From Acidobacteriota bacterium (lineage in GTDB: Bacteria > Acidobacteriota > Blastocatellia > Pyrinomonadales > Pyrinomonadaceae), in the NCBI GenBank assembly GCA_046765655.1, contig JBKPMX010000013.1, forward strand, positions 1,815 through 65,814: a stretch of 64,000 bases of DNA, given 5' to 3'. Under the pieces are notes generated by a model, which did not search any database, was not told the origin of the DNA, and saw only the letters and a list, made by a program, of their open reading frames with translations. Numbering within the stretch: the stretch's first letter is position 1; each line of letters starts with the position of its first letter. Both the position numbers and the translations under genes were made by a program. Shown here piece by piece: positions 19,930 through 28,877 of the stretch.

Positions 19930-21057
19930 ATGAAACTCAGATCAATTCTCACTGTCGTTCTTATTCTGACATTCGCTTCTTTTGCCGCCGGCCAAAAGAC
20001 TGAGGTGAATCAGGACAGATCCACATGGAATTGGGTACAAAGCGACAACAACAAAAAGATCGAAGTGCGCGTCGAGAACAAAGTTGAATTCAACGACGAC
20101 TATTCCGATGTATCAAACATTCCCTCTGACGGTTCGTTGAAGATTATCGACAGTCGTGGCCCACACAGCATTCGATTGCAAGTTACACGCGGCGGCGCCG
20201 GCGAATTAAAGCGCGAATACTCGGTCGATGGCAGAACGCGCGAGTTTGATAATGAAGCTCGCCAATGGTTACGCGGTGTGTTGTTGCAGGCAGCACGCGA
20301 AGGCGGACTGGATGCGCGCAATCGCGTGCAGCGGATTCTGAATAAGCGTGGCGCGCGTGGCCTGGCAGAAGAGTTGACTTACATCAAGGGAGATTACGTC
20401 CGACGCATTTACTTCGAAGCCTTCCTTCAAGCTCCTGGTCTAAACGATGAAGAATTGAAAACGGCGATTCGCAATGCCTCGCAGACAATCGAGAGCGATT
20501 ACGAACGCGCCCAAATGTCACTGCAAGTAGCGCCCATTTTCGTTTCGAAAGATGCCTTGGTCCCTGATTTTTTTGCCTCCCTGGATCGCCTCAGTTCTGA
20601 TTACGAGCGCCGTCGCACGTTGAGCGGCATTCTCAAGAAAGAACAACCGACTAAAAACGCACTCTCAGCGATGGTGCATTCAGCGCGACTGTTGTCGTCG
20701 GATTATGAGAAAGCCGTGTTTCTGATCGAGGCAGCTGATCGATATCAGTCCGATGATGGTTTGCGCGCCGATTGGTTCAATACGTTGAATTCGCTCAGCT
20801 CTGATTACGAGCATCGCCGAGTTCTTTCGAGCCTCTTAAAAGTTCCGAACCTGAATTCAAATGCACTAGTCGATGCGATGCAGTCAGCGTCGCGGATTGG
20901 GTCTGACTATGAGAAGGCCTCGTTCTTGATTGACGCGCTCGATCGATATCAATCCGAACCGCGACTACGCACTGCACTTGTTAATACCGCGAAGACAATC
21001 AACTCGGAATACGAGCGCGGCCGCGTGCAGAAGAGACTGGACCGAGCCGATTACTAA
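19930..21057 (+). CDS. secreted repeat protein of unknown function (SDYE repeats)
   Basis: The ORF opens at 19795 inside a palindromic element. The likely start is ATG 19930, preceded by AGGAGGGG, giving signal peptide MKLRSILTVVLILTFASFAAGQ. The C-terminal half has alternating repeats LSSDYE[RH]RR.LS..LK and SDYEKA.FLI.A.DRYQS. I recognise no family. Confidence 0.6.
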   Translation: MKLRSILTVVLILTFASFAAGQKTEVNQDRSTWNWVQSDNNKKIEVRVENKVEFNDDYSDVSNIPSDGSLKIIDSRGPHSIRLQVTRGGAGELKREYSVDGRTREFDNEARQWLRGVLLQAAREGGLDARNRVQRILNKRGARGLAEELTYIKGDYVRRIYFEAFLQAPGLNDEELKTAIRNASQTIESDYERAQMSLQVAPIFVSKDALVPDFFASLDRLSSDYERRRTLSGILKKEQPTKNALSAMVHSARLLSSDYEKAVFLIEAADRYQSDDGLRADWFNTLNSLSSDYEHRRVLSSLLKVPNLNSNALVDAMQSASRIGSDYEKASFLIDALDRYQSEPRLRTALVNTAKTINSEYERGRVQKRLDRADY

Positions 21058-21061
21058 CCGG

Positions 21062-21224
21062 AATGCTCCGGAGGCGCAACATGTTTATAGCTGGGCGGGC
21101 GAATCGTAAAGCGCTCCAGCGGAGCGCAATATCGGCGGCAATCAAGCTTACATTCCGCTCCTGACGGAGCGGGCGCCGTTCCGTGAATCGCTTGCTATAA
21201 ACATTCTGCTCCTCCGGAGCAAAG
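21062..21224. mobile_element. palindromic MITE-like element, family D
   Basis: aatgctccggaggcgcaacatgtttatagc (21062-21091) versus gctataaacattctgctcctccggagcaaag (21194-21224). Internal hairpins gcgctccagcggagcgc (21111-21127) and ccgctcctgacggagcgg (21155-21172). Confidence 0.8.
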
Positions 21225-21267
21225 ACATATCGATGATCGATCAACTCAGCACCTGAGAGAGGGCTTA

Positions 21268-23667
21268 ATGGGAAACTTGCTCCAGGATCTCATTTACGGT
21301 TTTCGATGGCTACGGACACACCCGGGCTTCACTCTGTTGTCAGTCGCCACACTAGCGGCCGGCATCGGTCTAAACACCGCGATGTTCAGCGTGATTTACA
21401 CGGTTCTGATAAGCCCTCTTCCTTATCCCGAGGCTAATCGGTTGGTGTGGATGAATGAGACCGGCGAGGAAGTCCCGAACCGTTGGGTTTCATATCCTAA
21501 CTTTCAGGATTGGCGAACGCGCAATCAATCGTTTGAAGGCATGTCGCTCTTTCGCGGTTGGTCCGTGAACGTGACCGGCGTTGGTGAGACGGAGAGTCTC
21601 GACGCGCGCATGGTTACGGCGGACTACTTCAGGGTAATGCGCTTCACTCCCGTAATGGGGCGAGACTTTTCTGCTGAAGACGACAAACCGGGTGCAGCGC
21701 CAGTCACGATCATTAGCTACGCATTCTGGCAGGAGCGCTTCGGCGGTGATCCGCAGATCGTCGGTCGCTCAGTAACGCTCGACGATCGACCGTACACGAT
21801 CATCGGCGTGATGAATCCAGAGTTCAAACATCACGGCCCGCCGCCATTGTGGCTCTTAGTTGGACCAATGAACTGGAATAACCGTGACGTGCGAATCGGC
21901 GGCAATGTTATCGCGCGATTAAAGCCAGGCGTGTCGCTTGATCAGGCGCGAACTGACATGAATCGCATTTCGCAGGATCTTGCACGCGAGTATCCCGGCG
22001 AAAACGCGGGTGCAACTAAGATTAACGTTCTCTCGTTGCAAGACAGCATCACCGGTAACGTTCGTTGGGCGTTGCAGATTCTGTTTGGAGCAGTTGCTCT
22101 CGTTTTGTTCATTGCTTGCGCGAACGTCGCGAATCTTCAACTGGCGCGAGCTGCCTCAAGAAGCCGCGAGTTAGCAGTGCGTGCTGCACTCGGCGCGTCG
22201 CGTTGGCGATTAGCAAGACAACTGTTGGTGGAGAGTTTGATGTTGGGACTGGCGGGCGGTTTCGTCGGTCTCCTGTTCGCGTGGTGGGCCATCACCCTGC
22301 TCAGTAAGGTCGAGCACTCCACTGTTCCGCGAATGCAGTTTCTGGAACTGAATTATCAAGTGCTCGCATTCAATCTAGCCATTTCGTTGCTCACGGGAAT
22401 TCTCTTTGGAATGATCCCGGCATTTCGATTTTCCAAAGTCACGCTTCACGACAATCTAAAAGACAACGGCATTACGACGACTGACCGACAAGGGAAGCGC
22501 GTGCGCAGTGCCCTGGTTGTTTCTGAAGTTGCGTTGTCAGTCGCGCTGCTGATCGGTGCGGGTTTGCTCGTCAAAAGTCTATTCCGTCTCGTCAATGCAG
22601 ACCTCGGTTTTAACGCTCAGAACGTACTCACCATGGAGCTCAGACCTTCCCGAAACCGTTATCGAGATAACGCACAATTTTCCGTCGTATTGCATGACAT
22701 CCTTGATCGGCTAAAAGCACATCCTGGCGTTGAAGCTGTTGCGCTCTCAAATACCCTGCCCGGCATCGAGGACGGTTGGCAAAACGATATATTTCCAGAA
22801 GGTCATCCACCGCTGAAACCTGGTGAACAGATCAACGTTGATTGGGGAATAGTCACACCCGATTACTTCCGAACGATGAATGTTCAGTTACTGCGTGGGC
22901 GTTCGTTTACGGAAGATGAAGTTGAGAACAACAGATCGGTTGTGCTGGTTGATGAGAATCTGGCTCGCCGTTTTTGGCCGAATGAGAGTGCAGTTGGCAA
23001 GCGTATTCAATACAACGGTCCAAAGTGGCATGAGATTGTTGGGGTGGTGAAAGAAGTGCGTGCCTTCGGATCCGAAGTAGAGCCTCGGATCAAAATCTAC
23101 ACGCCAATGGGTCCTGCCGGCCAACGAGATCGCCTGCTCTCAATTCGTTCAACCAGCGTGGATCCAAAAACCCTCGCAGCAGGAATCAAACGAGAAATCG
23201 CATCCGTCGATAAGGACATGGCCGTCACCGAGGTCAACACGTTGCCTGACATACTCACGCGTGAAGCTTCTCCCCGACGATTCAATACATTCCTGTTTTC
23301 AATACTTGCGGCGCTGGCACTGGTTCTCGCGCTGACGGGCGTATATGGCGTGATTTCGTATGCGGTAGCTCAGCGAACGCATGAAGTAGGAATACGAATG
23401 GCGCTCGGCGCCGGTCATCAACAGGTCATGCGCCTGTTCGTCAGCCAGGGAATGCAGTTGATTGGCCTTGGTCTCATCATCGGGCTGTTGGGTTCGATAG
23501 TTCTGACCCGGATGATGTCGAGTCTTCTGTTCGGCGTATCAGCCACTGACTTTACAACATTCGGTTTAGTTGCGGTTGGACTGCTCGTCGTTGGTCTGCT
23601 GGCGTCTTACATCCCGGCGCGACGCGCGACGAAGGTCGATCCGCTGGTGGCGCTTCGATATGAATAA
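21268..23667 (+). CDS. ADOP-family duplicated orphan permease (member 9)
   Basis: MGNLLQDLIYGFRWLRTHPGF. RELAVRAALGASRWR / [15 protein letters not shown]. Tail [17 protein letters not shown]. Confidence 0.9.
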   Translation: MGNLLQDLIYGFRWLRTHPGFTLLSVATLAAGIGLNTAMFSVIYTVLISPLPYPEANRLVWMNETGEEVPNRWVSYPNFQDWRTRNQSFEGMSLFRGWSVNVTGVGETESLDARMVTADYFRVMRFTPVMGRDFSAEDDKPGAAPVTIISYAFWQERFGGDPQIVGRSVTLDDRPYTIIGVMNPEFKHHGPPPLWLLVGPMNWNNRDVRIGGNVIARLKPGVSLDQARTDMNRISQDLAREYPGENAGATKINVLSLQDSITGNVRWALQILFGAVALVLFIACANVANLQLARAASRSRELAVRAALGASRWRLARQLLVESLMLGLAGGFVGLLFAWWAITLLSKVEHSTVPRMQFLELNYQVLAFNLAISLLTGILFGMIPAFRFSKVTLHDNLKDNGITTTDRQGKRVRSALVVSEVALSVALLIGAGLLVKSLFRLVNADLGFNAQNVLTMELRPSRNRYRDNAQFSVVLHDILDRLKAHPGVEAVALSNTLPGIEDGWQNDIFPEGHPPLKPGEQINVDWGIVTPDYFRTMNVQLLRGRSFTEDEVENNRSVVLVDENLARRFWPNESAVGKRIQYNGPKWHEIVGVVKEVRAFGSEVEPRIKIYTPMGPAGQRDRLLSIRSTSVDPKTLAAGIKREIASVDKDMAVTEVNTLPDILTREASPRRFNTFLFSILAALALVLALTGVYGVISYAVAQRTHEVGIRMALGAGHQQVMRLFVSQGMQLIGLGLIIGLLGSIVLTRMMSSLLFGVSATDFTTFGLVAVGLLVVGLLASYIPARRATKVDPLVALRYE

Positions 23668-23905
23668 CCAGTTGGTACTTTTGAGCTTTGTTCTTTGAGC
23701 TTTGGTACTTGGCATGTCCACGGTGCAACACAACGTAGTGGGAAACAGTCAGTACCGAAACGCGGTAGCGTCGGGTCTTCGTTCCATTAGAGGCCCTGTA
23801 ATCGGAAGACGACCCGACGCTACCGCGTTTCGGTACTGACTGTTTCCCACTACGTTGAAGCAAAGGACAAAGAACAAGGCCAAAGTCCTAAGGCCAAAGA
23901 CCAGG
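23668..23905. repeat. heptad-arm spacer hairpin enclosing a family A element
   Basis: Left arm GGTACTT TTGAGCT TTGTTCT TTGAGCT TTGGTAC (23668-23712). Right arm CAAAGGA CAAAGAA CAAGGCC AAAGTCC TAAGGCC AAAGACC (23857-23905). Element A copy 2 sits between them. Confidence 0.75.
23738..23850. mobile_element. palindromic MITE/REP-like element, family A copy 2
   Basis: Same 33-nt terminal arms as 6897-7010. The stem extends inward (gtcgggtcttc / gaagacgacccgac). Confidence 0.85.
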
Positions 23906-23918
23906 AGCAGGCAGGCAA

Positions 23919-26363
23919 ATGAACATCTTCAAGGACATCCAATACGCGATTCGTCTCTGGCTGAAGCGACCAACTTTTGCGATCGCTGTTGTTCTGACGC
24001 TGGCCCTTGGGATAGGTGCGAACACCGCGATGTTCAGCATTGTTCAGTCGCTACTTCTAAGTCCTCTACCACTACCCGAGTCAGATCGTCTCGTCACCCT
24101 TTGGCTTTCAGCACCCAGCAAGAAACTTCATGAAGTAAATCTCACACCTGGCATCTTCTTCGCAGTTAAAGATCGGACGAAGACTCTTGAGAGTCTCGCA
24201 GCTTACGAAACTGGCACTCTGTCGTTTACCGGCTGGGGTGATCCGGAACAATTAGGTGCCGCTGCGGTCACTGCAGATTACTTCAACGTTCTTCGGTTGA
24301 ATGCACTGACGGGCCGCACGTTTCGTCAAGGCGAAGACACTGAGGGGAATGCGAACGTCGTCATTCTTAGCTACGAACTATGGCAACGACGTTTTGGCGG
24401 CGCTCCAATCGTCGGACAAGCAATCAATCTCGACACTAAGCCTTACGTTGTGGTCGGCGTTATGCCGCAAGCTACCAACTTTCCCAACCAAGCTGAACAG
24501 CCGAACTTTCCTTCGCATATCGATCTCTGGGTTCCTCTTGCGCTGGACCGCAACAACATCGGTTACTGGAACTATTCGGTTGTCGGTCGAACCAGAGATG
24601 GCTATCGACTTGAAGATGTGAAGAGTGAATTCGGTGCGATTTGGTCCGATTTTTACCGGCAAAATGAGTCACAACTTGGTATCGGGGCGTTGGGCTCTGA
24701 CCCCTTTGCGGTGGCAGTTCCGTTGAAGGATCGAATCGTAGGGAACGTGAAAGTCCCTCTTGTTGTGTTACTAGCGGCAGTCGGCCTGGTCCTTTTAATA
24801 GCCTGCGCAAACATCGCGAACCTGCTGTTAGCCCGCTCAACTCTTCGCACTCGAGAGATGGCTGTGCGGCGTTGTCTCGGTGCTTCGCGCGTTCGCCTCG
24901 TGCGGCAACTCCTCGTCGAGAGTTTGCTTGTTGCGCTCGTGGGAGGAATGCTCGGTCTCCTGGTGGCAGCCTGGTCCATCAAACTCTTAAAGACTGGCCT
25001 GGCTGAACAGATTCCTTTGATCGAATCAGCACACCTACGACCCGAAGTGCTCTTGTTTACGATCGCGTTAACAATACTCACTGGATTGTTATTCGGGCTC
25101 GCGCCCGCGTTGCAAGGCGTGCGTGGTAGTTTGCACGACCGGATAAAACAAGGCGGTCGTGTGTCGATCTCAAAAGGATCACGACGCCTGGGCGATGCAC
25201 TTGTCGCCGTACAGATCGCGCTGTCGCTCATCCTGCTGACCGGCGCAATGCTCCTGGTTCGTAGCTTTAAAAATCTGACTTCAGTTGATCCAGGGTTTGT
25301 TGCGGACAGGGTTCTCTCAGCCACGATCTCTCTTCCGGAATCGCGATACGTTGACGATAACCAGACCCGCGCGTTTTTCAGCGAATTGCTTGAACGTGTA
25401 GCACAGACGCCCGGCGTCGAATCAGCATCGCTGTGTCAGGTTGTGCCTTTTAGCGGTGGCGGTGGCGGTTACGCATTTACGGCAGAAGGCTACGTTCCCG
25501 CTGCCGGCGAACCTGCGCGCGACGCATGGCGACGAAGCGTCACACCGAATTACTTCGACACAATGGGAATCAAGCTGCTCCGTGGACGCCCGTTCGAATC
25601 AAGCGATACGCCGAATACGCAGCTGGTGACGATTGTGGATGAGAAGCTCGCTCATCACTATTGGGCCAATGGTGATCCGATCGGTAAACGAATCAAGTTG
25701 GGCGGCCAAACAAGTAATGCTCCGTGGCTGACAATTGTTGGCATCGTAAGAAGCGTCAAGAACCGGCAGCTCGATGAAGATGCAAAGTTCTACATCTATC
25801 AGCCGTATTCGCAATGGCCGCAACGTGAAACCTCGCTCGTCGTACGCACATCGGTGCAGCCTACCGCAGTTGTTTCTGCACTTCGGAACGATCTGGCAGC
25901 ACTAGATCCCCAGTTACCGCTTTACGACGTTCAGACTGTGGAGGAAACGGTGCGCCGATCTGTCAGTACGAAGCTGCTGGCGAGTTCGTTGTTAACGATC
26001 TTTGCGATCACGGCACTAGTGTTGGCTGTGATTGGGATCTATGGAGTGATATCACTCAACGTCAATAATCGCATCAACGAATTTGGTATTCGCATGGCCC
26101 TGGGAGCCCAGCCTTCAAACATTCATTTACTTGTGATGCGTGACGGATTGCTTGTCGCACTGATCGGAGTTGGTGCTGGACTGTTCATTGCGTTCTTGCT
26201 GACACGTTTGCTCGCGAATCTCCTTTATGGAATTTCACCAACCGATCCGTTCACGTTTGCGACTGTCAGTGTTGTGCTGAGTCTCGCTGCGTTATCGGCG
26301 ACGTATGTTCCAGCGAGACGGGCGACGAAGGTCGATCCGCTGGTGGCGTTGCGGTACGAATAA
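23919..26363 (+). CDS. ADOP-family duplicated orphan permease (member 10)
   Basis: MNIFKDIQYAIRLWLKRPTF. REMAVRRCLGASRVR / [15 protein letters not shown]. Tail [17 protein letters not shown]. Confidence 0.9.
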   Translation: MNIFKDIQYAIRLWLKRPTFAIAVVLTLALGIGANTAMFSIVQSLLLSPLPLPESDRLVTLWLSAPSKKLHEVNLTPGIFFAVKDRTKTLESLAAYETGTLSFTGWGDPEQLGAAAVTADYFNVLRLNALTGRTFRQGEDTEGNANVVILSYELWQRRFGGAPIVGQAINLDTKPYVVVGVMPQATNFPNQAEQPNFPSHIDLWVPLALDRNNIGYWNYSVVGRTRDGYRLEDVKSEFGAIWSDFYRQNESQLGIGALGSDPFAVAVPLKDRIVGNVKVPLVVLLAAVGLVLLIACANIANLLLARSTLRTREMAVRRCLGASRVRLVRQLLVESLLVALVGGMLGLLVAAWSIKLLKTGLAEQIPLIESAHLRPEVLLFTIALTILTGLLFGLAPALQGVRGSLHDRIKQGGRVSISKGSRRLGDALVAVQIALSLILLTGAMLLVRSFKNLTSVDPGFVADRVLSATISLPESRYVDDNQTRAFFSELLERVAQTPGVESASLCQVVPFSGGGGGYAFTAEGYVPAAGEPARDAWRRSVTPNYFDTMGIKLLRGRPFESSDTPNTQLVTIVDEKLAHHYWANGDPIGKRIKLGGQTSNAPWLTIVGIVRSVKNRQLDEDAKFYIYQPYSQWPQRETSLVVRTSVQPTAVVSALRNDLAALDPQLPLYDVQTVEETVRRSVSTKLLASSLLTIFAITALVLAVIGIYGVISLNVNNRINEFGIRMALGAQPSNIHLLVMRDGLLVALIGVGAGLFIAFLLTRLLANLLYGISPTDPFTFATVSVVLSLAALSATYVPARRATKVDPLVALRYE

Positions 26364-26366
26364 GAG

Positions 26367-26409
26367 CGCTTTGTTTTGGTCCAAAGTCAAAAGTCCAAAC
26401 TCGAAAGTC
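26367..26409. repeat. short heptad tract/hairpin upstream of member 11
   Basis: gctttgttttggtc followed by CAAAGTC AAAAGTC CAAACTC GAAAGTC. ATG at 26424. Confidence 0.7.
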
Positions 26410-26423
26410 AGAGATTTTTAGAA

Positions 26424-28865
26424 ATGATTAGAGAGACAATTCAAGATCTCCGTTATGCGTTGCGTATGTTGCGGAAGAATCCGGCATTTACTTTTATTGC
26501 TGTTTTGACTTTGGCGCTCGGCATCGGGGCAAACAGCGCGATCTTTTCTGTTGCCAACGCTGTAATCATTCAACCTCTTCCGTTCAAAGACCCTTCACGT
26601 CTCGTCACTGTTCTCGAAACAAAAGCTAGTCAGAATCTCGATTGGCTGTTTGTTACAGGCCACAACTTCCTCGAGTGGCAAGAACGAACGACTTCTTTCG
26701 AGCATCTCGCCGGTATGCAGGGATGTGGTTATCGATTGGCCCAGGAAGGTGAGCCGCAATTAATTCCCGGTAACTGTGTCTCGTCGAGTTTCTTTCCGAT
26801 GCTTGGCGTGGAACCGATAGCCGGTCGCTTCTGGACCAGCGAGGAAGATCAACCTGGGCGCGATCGAGTTGCCGTCCTGAGTTACGAGTTTTGGCAAAAC
26901 CAATTTGCTGGCGATCCGAATGCGATTGGCAAAACTATTTGGCGAGCACAGGACCGCGAGCCATTTACCATCATCGGGATACTGCCCAAAGACTTCCAGT
27001 TTGCCCGCGACAACATTTCAGTTTGGACTCCGCTCGCGCTCGACAAAGCATCCCCGCTGCAACGGGCGCACATATTAATGGTTTTTGCTCGACTCAAACC
27101 TGATGTCACGATCGCCCAAGCGCAATCGTCGATGGATACTCTGGCCCGTCAACTCGAACAAGAGTCTCCAGCAACGAATTCAGGTTGGGGAGTAACCGTC
27201 GGATCACTGCAACGTTTCTATTCCGATCAGGGAAACACGAGGACGACGCTATTGGTTCTGCTTGGCGCGGTTGGCCTTCTACTTTTGATCGCTTGCGCCA
27301 ATATCGCGAATCTGTTGCTGGCAAGAGCCACAGCAAGAGAGAGAGAAATAGCCGTGAGGGTTGCTATTGGAGCTACCCGCGGGCGTTTGCTCAGGCAGTT
27401 CTTGACGGAGAGTGTCGTGCTCGGCCTATTCGGTGGTCTCGCTGGCTTCCTGCTTGCATGGCTTTCATTTGGACCACTCCTCAGTTTGACGCCAAGAATT
27501 CCGTCGTTTCGACCTCAAGCATTACGAATTGATTCTCAAGTGTTTCTGTTTTCGATGGGTGTGTCGCTCTTTGCCAGCGTGCTGTTTGGATTGGCTCCCG
27601 CGTTGCGAGTTTCGAGAAAAGACCTGCACTCATGGCTACGTGAAGCCGGGCGAGGTGCGAAAGGTACGGTTCGCAATCGCGTGACCAGGGATGCGCTGGT
27701 GGTGGTCGAGATTGGTTTGGCGATCGTGTTACTCGTTGGCACCGGTTTGCTGGTTAAGACGCTTCAGAATCTAAAAAATGATCGCCTTGGTTTTGATTCG
27801 AGCCGCATCAATACGGTGGCGATGTGTTGTCTGGATAACACCAAATACCCAACGCCGAAAGAGGTCGGTGGGTTTTTCCAGAAGCTTATCGACCAACTGC
27901 AGACTATTCCGGATGCTGAATCAGTAGCGATCAGCAACGGTCTACCACAAAGACAATTTGATGGCGCGGGTTCCGTCGTTCGACTCCGTGATCTTCCACC
28001 CCCACAACCCGGCAATGAACGCCTGGCCGATCTGCGGTTTATTTCGCCAAACTACTTTGACACGATGCGAATCCCGTTACGCAAGGGCCGCGCTCTCACA
28101 ATGCAGGATGACGTTGATCATCCACCTGCGGCGGTAGTCAACGAAGCGTTCGTGCGAAAGTACTTTCCCGATCAGGATCCGCTCGGCAAGCAGTTTCAGT
28201 TGGTAGTCCTGCAGCCAGCAGAACGCTGGTTCACCATCGTCGGCGTCGCAGCTGACTCCCGCGATCGTGGACTCGGACGCGACACACGCGCCACGTTATA
28301 TATGAGTTATTTGCAGAATCAGATTCGAGGGGCAGTAATTCTCGCTCGCGCTAAACCAGGCGCTCAGTCAATAACATCACAGATACAAGCCGCCGTTCGG
28401 ACGTTGAATCAGGATGTCAGTTTAAATAATCCGAGAACGTTAGAAGACAGCATGGCCGAGTCGCTCTCACCGGAGCGCTTTTCGGCAACTCTGTTGACGC
28501 TCTTTGCGATTCTTGCACTCACACTCGCGTCCGTAGGTGTTTATGGAGTTGTTTCGTATGTAGCTAACCAGCGCACGCACGAGATTGGCGTACGCATGGC
28601 TCTTGGCGCACAGCGAACCGATGTAATGAAGTTGGTGTTGGGCCATGGCGTCCGCTTAGCAATAGCTGGCGTTGTGCTTGGCGTGATCGGGTCGCTCGCG
28701 GCGTCACGATTGCTGAGCACGCTCCTCTTTGGAGTAACCGCAAGAGACCCTTTCACGATAGTGGTTGTTAGTTTGGTGCTGACCTTCGTCGCGTTGTTGG
28801 CTTGTTACATCCCGGCGAGGCGAGCGGCGAAGGTCGATCCGCTTGTTGCATTGCGGTACGAATAG
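26424..28865 (+). CDS. ADOP-family duplicated orphan permease (member 11)
   Basis: Consensus start [22 protein letters not shown] at ATG 26424 (ORF-track start 26376 reads through the CAAAGTC tract). [15 protein letters not shown] / [15 protein letters not shown]. Tail [17 protein letters not shown]. Confidence 0.88.
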   Translation: MIRETIQDLRYALRMLRKNPAFTFIAVLTLALGIGANSAIFSVANAVIIQPLPFKDPSRLVTVLETKASQNLDWLFVTGHNFLEWQERTTSFEHLAGMQGCGYRLAQEGEPQLIPGNCVSSSFFPMLGVEPIAGRFWTSEEDQPGRDRVAVLSYEFWQNQFAGDPNAIGKTIWRAQDREPFTIIGILPKDFQFARDNISVWTPLALDKASPLQRAHILMVFARLKPDVTIAQAQSSMDTLARQLEQESPATNSGWGVTVGSLQRFYSDQGNTRTTLLVLLGAVGLLLLIACANIANLLLARATAREREIAVRVAIGATRGRLLRQFLTESVVLGLFGGLAGFLLAWLSFGPLLSLTPRIPSFRPQALRIDSQVFLFSMGVSLFASVLFGLAPALRVSRKDLHSWLREAGRGAKGTVRNRVTRDALVVVEIGLAIVLLVGTGLLVKTLQNLKNDRLGFDSSRINTVAMCCLDNTKYPTPKEVGGFFQKLIDQLQTIPDAESVAISNGLPQRQFDGAGSVVRLRDLPPPQPGNERLADLRFISPNYFDTMRIPLRKGRALTMQDDVDHPPAAVVNEAFVRKYFPDQDPLGKQFQLVVLQPAERWFTIVGVAADSRDRGLGRDTRATLYMSYLQNQIRGAVILARAKPGAQSITSQIQAAVRTLNQDVSLNNPRTLEDSMAESLSPERFSATLLTLFAILALTLASVGVYGVVSYVANQRTHEIGVRMALGAQRTDVMKLVLGHGVRLAIAGVVLGVIGSLAASRLLSTLLFGVTARDPFTIVVVSLVLTFVALLACYIPARRAAKVDPLVALRYE

Positions 28866-28877
28866 AACCTACGACCT

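Noticed and set aside
23709-23727. Possible sigma-54 promoter TTGGCATGTCCACGGTGCA upstream of member 10; similar weak candidates near 39318 and 52050.
   Set aside because: The GG-to-GC spacing is 14 nt rather than the canonical 12 (the other candidates are also off by 1-3). No spacer showed a convincing TGGCAC-N5-TTGC by eye. A PWM scan is needed.
24653-25324. Long antisense ORFs inside ADOP genes (223 aa here; also 10395-10976, 15364-15957, 50250-50837, 42890-43399) and 58751-59431 antisense to the exported protein gene.
   Set aside because: They overlap the best-conserved sense-strand regions completely and have low-complexity Arg/Ser/Ala/Pro-rich translations. None has a ribosome-binding site or recognisable motifs. 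This is the usual by-product of codon bias on the opposite strand.
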